A DNA stretch of 64,000 nucleotides. It comes from Cyanidioschyzon merolae (lineage: Eukaryota). A program made the position numbers and the translations under genes. Positions 22,149-35,477 of this stretch are shown here, piece by piece. The stretch lies in assembly GCA_000091205.1 (NCBI GenBank), contig AP006486.2, one strand, 5' to 3'. Below the pieces are notes generated by a model. That model ran no database searches. It was given only the letters and a program-made list of their open reading frames with translations, and had not been told where the DNA came from. Each line of letters starts with the position of its first letter. Position 1 is the stretch's first letter.

Positions 22149-25100
22149 ACCTTGTCTGCGGAAACCTGTTCGAAGCAGAAACCGGCTCGACGAATTGCTC
22201 TGTTTGCACTTTTGCGAAATCCGCGAACAATCTCGTTGGCAACCGTCGCTCAGTGCCGATGCATTTCGAGAGCGCTCTGTTGATGTACTTCCCCTAAACC
22301 TATTTCAGATTCCATTGAAACACTCAGCAGCCTATTCAGTTCATGCTTTTCGAAGTTTTTCGAAATTTGTTGCCCGATATCCAGCCTCGACAATGGTGGG
22401 ACAGCAATAAAGCTACACAGTTTCAAACGTGATTTTAGGGTTCTCAGTCGTCTTTCTGGAAAAGCTACATCTAACCAATGCCGCTGGAATTCGTTACGTC
22501 TCGGGTATCAAAATGATTCGCGATGCAATGGAGCAAGACTTCAACTTAGCCGATATCATCATCAAAATCGTACAAAGAAGGTTCCAATATTCTCCATTAC
22601 CTTTCGCGTTGTGTGGTTAAATAATGTTTCCTTCAAGTTTGTAATGTTTCTATTTCAAGGCAACTCATGAATGCAGGAATTCGCGGAGCAGAATTGAAGA
22701 TAAAAAATCTCGACGTCGCCCATTGACGGTTAATTTACAAGCTCACTCAGTATAGTCACTAAATTTGTCACGTCAGGTAATCGGTATCGTTCGAATGACA
22801 AATGCTACTCTCTATCCAGTGAAGAAATAAGATTCGACACAAGACTGGTGACTTTCACAGGGGATGATGCCAGAGACTCTCGTCTGTTATGTGTCCATAG
22901 AAATGGATCTTCGACTCGGACTTCAGTTCTCGCACAATCTACGTCCAGTGGAAAGGTACATAATCGCTTTTCAGGAGCGAAGCTTCGATGGACCGAAATT
23001 CCGCATCTTATTATCAAGCCTGGGTGTTCCCTCTGTCTCTGGTACATTCACGGATAACACCGTGTTTCTCAAATGCTCTTCGGTTCGGAAAATAGCATAG
23101 AACAGAGAATGGGACATCTCACACAAAACTACTTATTCTGCTTCGATTACACCGATCGATAACGTCTTTTGAGCTTCGAAGAACAGGTTCAGTGAAGCAA
23201 ATACAGGTATCGATGACTCAGATCGTCCTCGGCACGAGCCAGTGATCGATGCCCTCGGCGACGCGCCTGAGGCCGACAGGCTCGTCGGAGCTCTTCCCGG
23301 AAAAGCCCTTGACACTGGAAAATGGCGGCTTTGCGAAGAGGCATATAGAAAAGAGACGAACAAGGTCCAAACAATAAATACATATTGCTTGTTTATCGAT
23401 GGATACACACACTCAAGCACAGCAGGTTTGCCGGGGGAACAACAGTATTACTGCAACAAAAGAATCCGGGAACGTTCCGAAAAAATGTGCGTACCGCTCA
23501 AAGAGAGCTCGCTCATTCTCCGGCGGGACGCCTTCCTGCACGGAGCTCGCCGCCTGGGCTTTCGCTCGAACGGAAAGCACTGCACATCGCTAGTCTACGA
23601 TACAGCGGTCGTTGCGGGATCCCTTGGAATGCACTTTTTCCCCGCCGGAACACAGAGGCCGCGTACGAGAATACGCGATCCTTCACAATGTGCCCGGCAC
23701 GGCGCTTAGCTCGTACTTAAGACGGTGTACCTCGAGTGCATCGGGGACCTCGAAAAAAGCATTTCGTAGTGGCACAGTCGGCACTGATGGCCATTTCTCT
23801 CCCCAGCTCCTCGCGTACACACACACACGACGCGCCACAGCCGATGCCCAGATATGCAGTTTGGCCGATGCCAAGGGCGTCGCTCGCTTCGTGTCTCATA
23901 TCCGCCAGGCCTCCAAGAAGGAGCACGTGGGCGAAGAATATGCATGGTCACGCTGGACCTAGCCGGCATTCACCTACAGGGTCGCGTGATGGAATCGATA
24001 ATGCAGAGACGAACGGGAGAGGACACAGTCACTAGGCTGTACCGCACGACAGAGCTCTTCATGACCGGCGCTTCGTCGAAGCCCATCTGCTCAGAGGATA
24101 GACAGAAAGAGATCGACCTCTGAAGAATACTCCTGGAAGGCGGAGAAGCCAGGGAGCAGATCGACCTGCCGCCAATGAGCAGCTTGCCCTCAGAAGCGAT
24201 GCTGCTTCTGCATTCGGCGTGGGGCTCAGAGCCCCTAGAGGGACCAGACCCTCGGCTTTTCCACGGGCACCGTGCTGACGCTCACATCAGCCCCGCGATG
24301 CGCGCCTGTCTCGCTTCGTTGTGGAGTGGGTGTCTCTGCGACAGATGCGAAAATGCGACTGATGGAGGACTGAAGCACCAACGAAGAGGAGGGGTTGATC
24401 AACGACATGGAGTTCATAAAGCGAAGTAGGCGCCATTTCTCCAAAGATTGAAACAATGCACGAACCGCTGGAGGAAGAAAAGCGAAAGGATTGTAAGAAT
24501 GCTTCGAAAGAAATGCAAAACATGAGGAGCAGAAGTTTCTCACAACGACGAGTGGACCTATTGGCTTCTATCAGGGCCGATGGTATAGGTATTTCGATCG
24601 CCATCAACAGCAAGCTTCCGGGACGCTTCACGAGCCCCTCTGAGCTCGACCACACCCCATGCACAGAAATGGACTACGCGTAGGAACAAAACGCAACACA
24701 GATGCGCGGCCACGCGAAGTTGCTCCGCAATACGACACCCGTCAGCCCGGACCCAGGAAGAGCAAACCCATACACCTGCGCTCCTATGAGACGTAACGAG
24801 AGGTCAGACACGCAGGTGGCAACCGACGCCAATTGGAAGGCTTAAGATCCGAAGTATCCGACTCTAACCTGAAGGCGTAGGCTCTAGGCGCACGTACATC
24901 ATGTTCTTCTCAGCGGAACCGAGCAAATGAAGGAATGGTCCGATAAGCGAGCGAGCGAGCGAGCCAGCGAAACTGATTCTAGTTACGGAAGCGTTCGCAG
25001 CATTGCGTCAAGCTCGTGGGATCTATAGGAACGATGGTCACCAGAAGGTAAGGTTCGTCGATGTCCATCACGGTCATTGGCTCGTGTTGTGGAGTATGTT

Positions 25101-27211
25101 GGCAGCAGACGAGGAGCGTGCCTCGAAGCGGACGGTGAGTTATCGAATCGAACGCTTTGCTCTTGCTCCTGCAGCAGTCATGGTGGTTTTCTAGGGAATC
25201 GCTTAGCAGAGGTCCGTGATCGTCGGGAGCGTCACAGCGTGCGGCAACAGGGCAGAGAGTCGGGGCAGGCCATGTATACCCTCCAAGGCCGTTTGCCGAG
25301 CGATGCAACATGAGTTCACGAGCCGCAGCGTGACGCTCGAGAAGGACGTGTGGCGGACATAAGGGAACACCTGACCGCAACCTAACATCACTGCCGCGCC
25401 GGGAGCACCGACGCTGTACACAAAGAATACGAATGCGGCGAGCGAAGCGTGGATTACAAACTTCAACTATGCTTCGGATGCCAAGAAAGCATCGGGAGGC
25501 GGCGAGATCAGGGTGTGAACGCTACCGTCAGCATCGTTTGACTGCTGACAAAGGGGCCAGAGGGAAAAGAGATACCGGCGCCTTTGAAACCAAAGAGAAA
25601 AGAGAGGGAACGGTCGCAGTCACCGAGTAAGCCGGCGAACCTGGTATTGATGAGAATAGAAAAAGAACCAAAACTGTGGTGTATATGCCCGTGTCAGTGG
25701 AACCGTTTCGTTGTATTTTGACGTAGGTGTAGCTCCTGTACTGGTGGTCAGCAGGCTTCGGCCAAAGCTTGACGAGTCTTTCCGATAGCATAGGAGCATT
25801 AGCGTTTCTGAGACATGCGCCGGACCTAGCGTTCAAGCTTCCGCTCTGTCTCGGTCGGCATCTGAGGCCTCGGCATGAATACATCACGTGGAAAGTTCTT
25901 CTCGGGTACCGTTGCATTTCATACATATCATGCAGTGTCAGTTCGTTATAAGCAAGCAGAGATTCCAGCCCGTGTAGTTATCACGTGCCAAGTTGAGAGA
26001 GCACTTCGGCGAGGGAGACCGAGGTAATAGGCAACGGGTAGAGCCCTCAGAAGAAAAAGTAGAGCAACGAGCATCTGCGACGATCGCGTTCACCAGCTGC
26101 ACTTTGGCGCCTACTATGCGAAGGCAATGGCGCTTGGGGTGTTCGATGAGAGAAAATCTATCTACGTTGGCATAGGGACACACGTTAGTGCAGCGTGCAC
26201 TGCATTCCTCAACGGATAGACATCCAAGGATGGAACAGGCCGAAACGTGTGGAATACTAGCTTCCGAGAGCAGATATTGCGAGGGATGCTGCAAGTGTCC
26301 GCCTCGTTCCGTCGAAGTGGACAGCAGTCTCGAACGAGACCGTAAAGCAGGTAGTCGATGAGCCCGAGCAACACGACGCTTGCACTGCCGTGGGTATCTG
26401 ACATTTGCCTATCGCTGACATGCTACAGAGTCTTCTTCGAAAGGGGCCCATCCCAGACCGCGAAGACTCGGCGCTCTAGTGGGCATTGCGCGCAACCTCG
26501 AACAGGCTCACTCGCCGCAGGACATAGGCAGACACAGAATATGGTGGTCCAGAGTTCGCGGCGCTTCGAAAACCAAAGTGGCGTCTTTACACATGCTCAG
26601 GAACGTGAGGCGCCACAAAGAACCAAATCTTCGACTTTTCATGAAAACCTGCTTTCTCGCGGACATGTTATGGCCTCAAGATAATCATGCATCAATTGTG
26701 AATCTGGATGGATGGCTTGTACGTCAACATCCTCACTTTACGCAGACGTCCTGATGTCAGACGACTTCCATCTGCAAGAATCAAATATCACAGTTTCCAA
26801 TGATTTGCTGCTAGCGCACACCATCTTTGGCCTCTGAAGGTCACGACGGTGCATATGTGCTCGAAACCTGGCGTGAAACACATTCCTGACTCTCGTTATC
26901 CGAACTCATATAAACCTCCACGCAGCGATTATCTTTTGACACCTGTAAAGTCTTGTATGTGCGACTCCCACGGGCTGCACTGGTCTCTCGCAAGGCCCCG
27001 CCCATGCGATTGCAGCAACCAGCTCAACCCGAATGGAGCCGAATGTAGAAGATGACCGCTGGATAGAGCAGGGCCCAACATGAAGAAACTCAGGCTTGTC
27101 AATGAGCTGGCGGTTCAGAGCGCGACCATACAGCATAACGGATTTCGGAAATAAAACTGGACTCAGGGTCAGCGAAACTTCCGCAGTTAACACAGCAATG
27201 GGAACGGCGCT

Positions 27212-27760
27212 TCAATGTCGTTGCCGCTGCTGCAACAAGAAGCTGCAGATCTCCCGAAGCTTCTCATGCTGAATTCCATTGCAAGCCTCAAAAAATTCGG
27301 TCAATTCCATGTTTTCTTGCGTGTTTTCGTAAGTAAGAGCCTGCAAGACCATATCAAGTTTGTCTAACTGGTGAACAAAAACGGCCGCTGGGGTATTTGC
27401 TTCCTCGTACTCGCGAAAGAGTGCGTACAGTTCGCAACCCGCTTCAGAGCCAGAGAGGACGTCGTCCCGGATTTTCCGAAAAGCCTCATCCTCGAGGACT
27501 GCCTTTTCCCGTGGCGAAATCCCACACTTTGGCGTTATGTCTCCAACGAGGGATTCCGCCAGATCATGCACCAAGGCAAGTTTCAGTACCTGAGCATCCC
27601 CGTCACCAAGCAAAAGCGCGAGCATCGCCACACCGTACGAGTGACTAGCGACTGTCTCGGGCACACACACACCCGAGCGCACCCATCCTGTTCGTTGCAG
27701 CGCCTTGAGTCGCGCGACAAGTTCGAAGAACTGAACGACCTGCGAAGGCCTCATATCCAA
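27212..27760 (-). CDS. HD-domain phosphohydrolase, HDDC2/YfbR-like 5'-deoxynucleotidase family.
   Basis: RTGWVRSGVCVPETVASHSYGVAMLALLL...LALVHDLAESLVGDITP...FVHQLDKLDMVLQA carries the H...HD...D metal-binding motifs and is colinear with HDDC2. Confidence 0.75.
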   Translation of the reverse strand: MDMRPSQVVQFFELVARLKALQRTGWVRSGVCVPETVASHSYGVAMLALLLGDGDAQVLKLALVHDLAESLVGDITPKCGISPREKAVLEDEAFRKIRDDVLSGSEAGCELYALFREYEEANTPAAVFVHQLDKLDMVLQALTYENTQENMELTEFFEACNGIQHEKLREICSFLLQQRQRH

Positions 27761-28339
27761 CGCTATTAAGCGTTCGTGCGCTCATGCGCGCACGACCCAC
27801 GAAGCGCCGCGCTGCGAGCACAACAAGCTAGCATCGCTGCAACAATACAGCGGAAGTGCCAAGCTGTGCAAAACACCGCATGGTACCCTGTCCAAACATC
27901 CTTTCAGAAGCTGCTCGTTTTGGTTGGTCACATCATCGCCACACAGGTACCAGGGATCCTCGATTGCGCATTTGATACTAGTGCGTAGTGCAGCCTACAT
28001 CGTTGCACGCCGCACTTCCTACTTCCACGACCCATTCGTACCCTCATACGTCCTGGGTGCCGCTAGAGATCGCAGGCAGGCGCAGGTCATCGCCAACCGC
28101 TCATCATCAACGCAGCGCCTATGTGCCCGGCTACCTGACTATCTGGATACCTGGCTATCTGGATGTGTGCTTTGCAATGCGTCGCAATAGCTGCATCACG
28201 CGATTCCACAAATGGCGTGGCAGCATTGCCGCTGGCGCAGCGCGCGGCAGCTGTCTCGCGATAATGTACGGTGGGGGTTTGCAGTTGGCGCGCGCAGTTC
28301 AGCGAGCGTTTAGTGATATCTTTTGAGCAAGAGTGGCTG

Positions 28340-29413
28340 ATGACGGAGAAACATAAGGTTGCTATACTTGGATCAGGTAACTGGGGCAGCACGGTGGCGA
28401 AGATCGTGGGATCGAACGTCAAAACGAAGACAGAATCGTTTGATCCGGAGGTTCGCGTGTGGGTATACGAGGAGCTTGTCGACGGACGGAAACTTACCGA
28501 GATTATCAATAGCGATCACGAGAATGTCAAGTACCTTCCAGGTAAGAAGCTTCCAGAGAACGTGGTTGCCGTTCCGGACCCGATCGAGGCTGTCGCTGGG
28601 GCCGATATTCTCGTCTTTGTGCTGCCTCACCAGTTTGTGCGAGGCCTCTGTGCCAAGCTCCGAGGGAACGTTCGCGAGGGCGCTTTCGCAGTTTCGTTGA
28701 TTAAAGGCGTGGAGTTTGATGAAAACGGTATTGTGCTGATTAGCGACGTGATTTCGAAGGAACTTGGTGTGGAGTGTTCCGTTCTGATGGGCGCAAATAT
28801 TGCCAATGAGATAGCAGATGAGCAGTTCAGTGAGGCCACCATCGGGTACAAGAATGCCGCGCACGCGAAACTATTGCAAATCATTTTCCAGAAGCCCTAC
28901 TTTCGGATCGCAGGTGCACCAGATATCCCAGGCGTAGAGATCTGTGGGGCCCTAAAAAACGTGGTTGCTCTTGGAGCCGGTTTCTGTGATGGCCTCGGTT
29001 ACGGAAACAACACGAAGGCGGCAGTTATTCGTTTTGGACTCCTGGAAATGGTTCGTTTTGCGAAAAAGTTTTTCAAGAATGTCCAGTATACAACGTTCTT
29101 GCAGTCTAGTGGTGTGGCGGATCTCATAACGACTTGCTACGGTGGCCGAAATCGTAAATGCGCGGAGGCATTTGCGCGGGCTGGTGGCCGGAAGAGTTTC
29201 GAAGAACTGGAGGTGGAACTGCTCAATGGCCAAAAGCTCCAAGGTACGCTCACAGCGAAAGAAGTACATGAGGTACTCCAGCGCCAAAAACTTATGAAAG
29301 AGTTTCCATTTTTTGAAGTGATATATGATATCGTTTACGAAGGTAGACCGGTTGAGCAGTTCCTGCAGGAGCTGAGCGAGAAAGAGCTCTCGCTTGAAGG
29401 AAACATTGAGTGA
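28340..29413 (+). CDS. GPD1: NAD+-dependent glycerol-3-phosphate dehydrogenase.
   Basis: KVAILGSGNWGSTVAKIVG (NAD-binding GxGxxG), VFVLPHQF, GALKNVVALGAGFCDGLGYGNNTKAA and LITTCYGGRNRKCAEAF are colinear with eukaryotic GPD1. The ORF is open from 28271; I chose the Met at 28340 because the homology starts there. Confidence 0.9.
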   Translation: MTEKHKVAILGSGNWGSTVAKIVGSNVKTKTESFDPEVRVWVYEELVDGRKLTEIINSDHENVKYLPGKKLPENVVAVPDPIEAVAGADILVFVLPHQFVRGLCAKLRGNVREGAFAVSLIKGVEFDENGIVLISDVISKELGVECSVLMGANIANEIADEQFSEATIGYKNAAHAKLLQIIFQKPYFRIAGAPDIPGVEICGALKNVVALGAGFCDGLGYGNNTKAAVIRFGLLEMVRFAKKFFKNVQYTTFLQSSGVADLITTCYGGRNRKCAEAFARAGGRKSFEELEVELLNGQKLQGTLTAKEVHEVLQRQKLMKEFPFFEVIYDIVYEGRPVEQFLQELSEKELSLEGNIE

Positions 29414-29772
29414 AGCTGTTTCATGAATGTTCGTGTCACCGTAGTTCGCGGGCTCGTCAAGCTTAATTTTAGCTGATGCGTAAATGCTTTCGTTTATCTA
29501 TTCGGGTGTACTGAGGATATGTCTGCGGCTCTCGTGTGGCGGGGTATTCAAGCACATGCACATTCCGACACCTTTGCACAAAAGCGAAATCTCTTGAAAG
29601 ATACAGCATCAATCGCTAAGGTGCGGTGCCTAGCCTGGATTGGAAGTGTCCCTTTATACGCGCAAATAGACTCTGCGGACAATGCGCATTTGTCCGCTAT
29701 GTGCTCAAGCAGAAGCCTTTCCACACTTCCAACCTGCAAACGATGAAAGTCGGATTGGTGGGAGCATAATTA

Positions 29773-32700
29773 GAGCAGTGAATCCTGGAACAAGTGCATC
29801 AGCTCGCACTTTCCTTCTTGTTCCTTTTGTCACAAGTACTCATCAAAAGAAATGTATATTTTAGATCGGAGAAAGGTCCCGAAAACATCAGATTTCGTCA
29901 CTGCTAGCTTCCCCGGAAAACGAGCTTGCTTCTTCAAGTCTGTTATTCGTCGGCCAGCAGGCGGATACATCCCCGCCCTTCACGTATTGCTTATCCTGAA
30001 CGTTGTGCTCCCACAACAGAACTTATCAAACCCGCTGGACGCGACGGTCGCCTCGTCAATCCATTCCTCCCCATACGTTCTCGGTGAGATACCACCAAAG
30101 AAGTCACAGCATGCGCAGCTTCCCCATCGGTGATACAGGCGGAGAAAAATACGCCCGGATGCAAGAGCAAAACGAACATGCTTCTTCGGGAGACCGTCGC
30201 GCATTGCATGAAGCACCCCTCGTTTCGCACTGGAGCGCGAAGGCCTCGCACTCGACGGATGTTCGTCTCGATATCCTGAACCTTATGCCCGACAAATGGT
30301 AGACATGTGCACGGCGACTCGAGCAGGGTCAAACCGCTGTTCGTGCAGCAGAGACAAGAGAGCATGATGACAATATCGGCCCTAGCGACGGTGCTATCCT
30401 GTGGTCGCCTACGTATCGCGATTCGGACAGGATTGGTCAACGCCTTAGCCTTCGTCGAGGAACGCTTCGCGGCTTCTCCTCCACCATGTCATTCTATGCT
30501 GTTCTTCGTAGACTTCGCTTTCCGTGTCTTAGACGCTGTCAAAGAGTACGCAGGTGGAACTAGCGCTGAGCCGCCCTTCACGTCAGACTATTCTTCCTGG
30601 TTCAATGCGTCGAATGCATCTTGTCTGTTATCAGACACCATCTCTGTGCTCACTCACCTATAGACGAGTCATTCGCATCCGTAAAATTATTCTTCAACGA
30701 GTACGTCTTCGAGAACAGGTCCTGTACTTTCACTGGGCCTGAATTGCTGCGTTCCTCCTGCGCTCTTTCTGCTGGGGGAGCGCAGAGGCGCGCTCCGTGC
30801 CGCGAGCGTACTCGCCACGGAGAAGTCTGTAATGAGGCACTTGAGCAATCGTGGTTGCTTGCGTACACAGAAAAGCACGAATGTCAGCGCCGTCGTCCGC
30901 ACCGTGTGCCTGAGTCCCAGGAAAAAAGGATTTGGATTATAGCGACAACATCCACACTACTCCGCCAGCGAGACGACGGGGCGACGGAGAAAGACAGGAA
31001 AATGCCGGACAAACGGGAAGTGAATGATCCTCCCAGAAAGAGGACCAAGAAGAACCAGAAGGGAAAGCGGCCGGGGCAGACATATCAGCGAGAAACAGTT
31101 GCCGAAGCCTCTCTACGGAAACACATCAATGGGGGCAAGCCTCCAAGATGTGGGGTTCAGGACACCATTCGGGATTTCGAGGCTTCTCACTCGATGAAGT
31201 CTCGACGGGCTTCTCTCGCCGAGGCGCCCGTCGTCAAACACATGTTCGCGTGAGTGCTGGACACAGAGCTCCCCGCGCTCCAGGCTCCTCTGGATTTTGC
31301 CAAGTAAATCTTCGACCGGCAACGCAGCTGATGCTCGCGACGGTGGATGCAGCACGGCCTGATCGAAGAATCAGGGACTTGTATGAATGCCTCTGAGCGT
31401 ACGATGACTCGTCGGCGCGCCGCGTCGGCAACAGGAACGTCTACAACGCAGGTGCCACAGATGAAATGAACCACCAAAAATTCAAGTTCCTTGGCGGGTC
31501 ATTGTTGAGCACCTCACCGGGCATACCCAGTCAGCGTTGTACGCTTGTGCACTCACACCAGTGGTCCGGAGCGTGAGCACTGATGGAAGGGGTTCATAGG
31601 GGTGCCCATGGAGGCAAGTGACGAGCTGGAGGCTACGGAGGAGCGCGAGATGGCAGCGAGTTTCGAGAAGATGCCGCAGCAAGAGCGGTGGGCGCTTCAG
31701 ATCGTTCAAGCTTATGGTGCTGCTGAGGGCTATTGGACCGCCGAACGTCGTTCCTGAGTATGTTTGAAGCGCGACGCCTGCCATGCTTGCATGTTGCGCT
31801 ACTTCGGTTTCCTGAACAAAACCTCCACTGTAGAGCACCCTCCCTGGCCGAGTCCGAACTACCTGGCCTACTCAAGCGCTTCTTGGACGCGGTCCAAGCA
31901 CGCGACTTCGAGGCCCACGATATTACTGTACTGCACTGCACTGCAGTGTACTGGACTGGACTGGACTGCACTGCACTGGACTGCACTGTGCTGTGCTGTG
32001 CTGTGCTGTGCTGTGCTGTGCTGTGCTGCACTTGACCGCACTGCCCCGTCCTATCCTATACTGTACTACCTGCTCAATGAGCTACAACTGGTCTTTGCGA
32101 GCACGTATGAAGCACTCGAGCATCTTTACGAAGAGCATTGGCGGGGGCCGTTCAAGGTTGTTTCTTGACGCAGAGTCCAAGGAAGGAACTGGACAGGTGC
32201 AGTGGAGACCGACGGAGTATCCCTCTGGTTGCACTCTGCTCAGTCGATACCCGAGTCCCGCAAAGAGGCTCGTTTCAATCGCTCATCGTCGCTGAAATCT
32301 AAAATTTCGCGGCGGGTGCAGGTCCCGGGTTGCAGGACGTCATAGCTGTCGCCGTGCTCCCAGGTCAGGACGACGAAGCCAAGGGCCTGAACTGAAAGCA
32401 GCTGGAGAAGCTAAATGTTTCCAGAGCTCCGTCTTATTGAGGGTCGCGCATGACAGGTGTCAGAAGGCATACCGACAGATGGAATGGACGCGGCAGGACC
32501 CAGATAGACGCCCTGAATACCGTGCGGAGCAGAGGTGGTCCTTCGAACGCTTCAGCCGAAGATTGCGTGAGCGTCTGAATGGCTCGTGCGGAAGGCGTCT
32601 CTGGCAGGCGTACCCGAGGCCGCGCTGAGGTCGCCAACTTTTTCGGTTGCACGGAGACAAGAAACGTCCATTGACCATCCACTTCTATAAATTGGAGAAG

Positions 32701-33355
32701 GAAATGACCGACAAGTCGCTTCGTTCGAAGGCAGCGTAGGGTTCTTGATGTGTTGCGGCGTGCAGTGGCTCCACTCTTGCTCGTCGAATGCGAGCGCACG
32801 ACAAGTGCAGGAATCGACTCTTCAGGAATCCCATCGGTGAGTGCGGGACGACAAACACTCCTTGCGGACACGGGTGTGCGCTGAAACTGATTGAGAAGAA
32901 GCGAGTGAAGCGCAGACGGCTGTATAAGATGGTGTACGGCAGGGTGACCAAACCTCAGATACCGGTGCATTCGAAGGCGAGCGGCTTTGTATAGTGCGAT
33001 TCTACCAGCAAGCTTGTGCGCAGGCGCTTTCTGCATCGAGACTTGAACGTCCCGCTCAACGTTCGGAAATGTCACGTGCCTCCGGAGCGCTCAGCGGCTT
33101 TGCATCGTGCGGGTTGTCGGGGAAGAATCGTTCGCTTCTCAGCGTAGGCATTGTGCTGGAGCGCTGAGGACTCCCGATGCAGAACAAATCAGTAGCCGGG
33201 ATCGAGGATCGTGGATTTCCGCCTGGAGCAAGACACTGGTATGGAACGGTGTATCAGTTCGGAATAGGCTGGAGTGCCGCTTGTCTACATCGGGAAAGAC
33301 TTTCGTAGGCAACTGATGAGTGATTATGGTGTAGGATTACCCAATAAAATGGGCA
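29773..33355. repeat. Copy B of the direct repeat, in the same orientation as copy A. It is ~140 bp shorter because its internal minisatellite is contracted.
   Basis: Same evidence as copy A. It begins ~360 bp after the GPD stop codon. Confidence 0.9.
31924..32026. repeat. The same minisatellite in repeat copy B, contracted: the ACTGN block is ~60 bp instead of ~180 bp, and (CTGTG)8 instead of 14.
   Basis: I read this directly from the sequence. Confidence 0.9.
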
Positions 33356-34507
33356 GAAGAGCACCATAATATCGGTTCCTGAAATTAACCGATACGGCGA
33401 TACTTGCGAATACTGGGATCGTTTCATGAAGCTCATGAGCTAAAATGTATCGAGACAGGACTCGAGCGCTTCCGGCAGGATAACAGAACCCCATGTAAGG
33501 TAGTGTAGTGTTTTTCTTCCGTTCCGGCCCGTGAGATGCTTGAAGACGCCTTGTTGAGTGGTACACAATGTTTCTCAGTGGCGTCCGATCACACTTTGCG
33601 CATCGATTGTCGTTCTAACTGGCTGCTCCAGACTCCAGATATTTCGAGGATCTTGCACGAACAACGGCGCCTAGATTGCTTGCTTCTTGACAAGTATGGT
33701 TCCTTGTTTATGCGCCCCGGGTGAACTTAGATCTTGCTCGGTCTCAGCGCGTATCTACGAGACTGTGATTGCCGCAAAACACGTCAATTAGATCATGACC
33801 AGATATCTATTCCGGCTTATTCTTCGCTGTGCAGCTCGTACCTTGACAATATCTTGACAGCGTCCCTATTAGCGTTCTATATGGGAATCCAGCAACCTGT
33901 ACGCCCATACATGATAGTCTGAAAGTTTCCGCTAGTCACTGCTCCATGCGGTGCAGTTCATACGAGAATGCTCAGAATATTTTTGCCAGATTTTTCGCTG
34001 AAGCTCCCAATAGCCAGCGGAACTTGCTGTCTATAAAGCCGGAAAACGTGTTCGGCCCCTGGGGGAGGCAACTTGTAACCGAGGCGCGGCGCTTCGCCTC
34101 AAGAGTCTGTGGCCTGCGCCGCCTCCTTCGGGCCAAGACTGGAAACACCGGAAAATAACTAAAAGTCAGTTGCGTCGCCAGCGAATGCTCGACAAAGCAT
34201 CGCCAGTACAAGTCAGAGCAGGTGGACGGGTACGCTAGGCATGCAAGACACTGCCCAACCGAGCCGAATTCCACAAAGGAAAAGAATATCCGTCCCGATT
34301 CTATACGAATTCCGCAACAGCTGGAAAAGCGCGCGAGGTAGCATCCGCAGCCCGAGGTCTTTTCGAACCGACGATCTACATGCTCAGTGGAGCGAAAAGG
34401 CATCGCTTCCATAGAGAATGTAAATACACTCACTCTCAGACGCCCTCAGCCGTTTTCGACAGGCCCACTTTCATCGGCTTCAGCTTCGTCCTGCACACTT
34501 CGAGCTT

Positions 34508-35477
34508 GAGGGGCTGCCCCATGGAGCTGGATCGCGTCAGATCCTCGAGTCTCTTCTCCGGCACCGCACATCTCCTGATATTGATGGCAGCACTCAAGTC
34601 TCGATTCCCGAACTCTATAGGCTCATTGCCACTAATGGAACGCATCACTTCACGGATTCCTAAGCTTCTTGCTCTCAGTGCCAACCGATGCTCCGTGAGC
34701 GCCCCGTGCTTTTCTATCGCCGAAGCGCTCCGCGGCCTGCTCGCCATCACGACCTTCTGAAGTTTAAACCCAAGCTCATCCACTGGATTTTCATTTCTTG
34801 AAATGAACGCACTTCTTCTTGCACTTAGGTGGGACCTTCCCGATGATAAAGAAGAACTTACGGAAGAAAGACGGGATGCATATCAGCGTTACCGTGTACT
34901 GAACATTTCAGCAATGCGCCCAGTGGAGCGATCATTACGTTTCTCGACGGGAAGCACTCCATGGATGGGGTCGAACCACGGAGAGTACGGAGGAGTGAAA
35001 ACCACTTCTACCCCGACAGAATTAGCAAAAGCTGGAACGCGACGTGAATGATGAAGTGCAACTTTATGCAATAGAGGGGTATTATCAGACGTGGGGAGAA
35101 GGCTTCAATAGTTGGACATACTGAATGCTGTTGTATGAACCCTCTCTACGAGCGAAACCAACGGCGCCAAACGAATCCTCTTGAACTAGAACAGATGAAG
35201 ATGTCCTCGTTCCCTACCAGCTCGATCGTACATACAGCGGGCTTGCTCTGAGCCAATACGCATATTCGTGCCGACTGTTTCATCTGAAGCAAGTCACATC
35301 GACCGAAAAAACATACCGACATCTCTGTTCTTCACAACCATGGCGACTTTCGAGGAACTCTGTAGTTGTGATGTTGGTGGAAGATGGCTGTGCATGAAAT
35401 TTGACTGCTTTTTTTGCGAATGTATCCCAGTGTATTCAGTAGCATACGAACAAGCTGTTGGGAAACAGAGACGCCCG
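34508..35477. repeat. Left arm of a ~1 kb inverted repeat. Its partner is 41185-42160. Similarity continues beyond both ends at lower identity.
   Basis: ORF translations from one arm reappear on the opposite strand of the other: 34803-35051(+) equals 41614-41862(-), 35268-35480(+) equals 41176-41397(-), and 34436-34783(-) equals 41882-42418(+). I confirmed the reverse-complement match of the edges by eye. Confidence 0.85.

Noticed and set aside
17210-33355. I considered reading the two 3.7 kb direct repeats as LTRs of one large LTR retrotransposon.
   Set aside because: The 8.8 kb between them holds ordinary host genes (HDDC2-like, GPD1) and no gag/pol/integrase. The repeats are far longer than typical LTRs and lack evident TG...CA termini.
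34940-35010. There is a tRNA-like GGTTCGACCCC T-arm-like string inside the inverted-repeat arm, also at 41640-41710 on the other arm.
   Set aside because: The flanking bases do not form a T-stem or a 7-bp acceptor stem, so no cloverleaf can be drawn.
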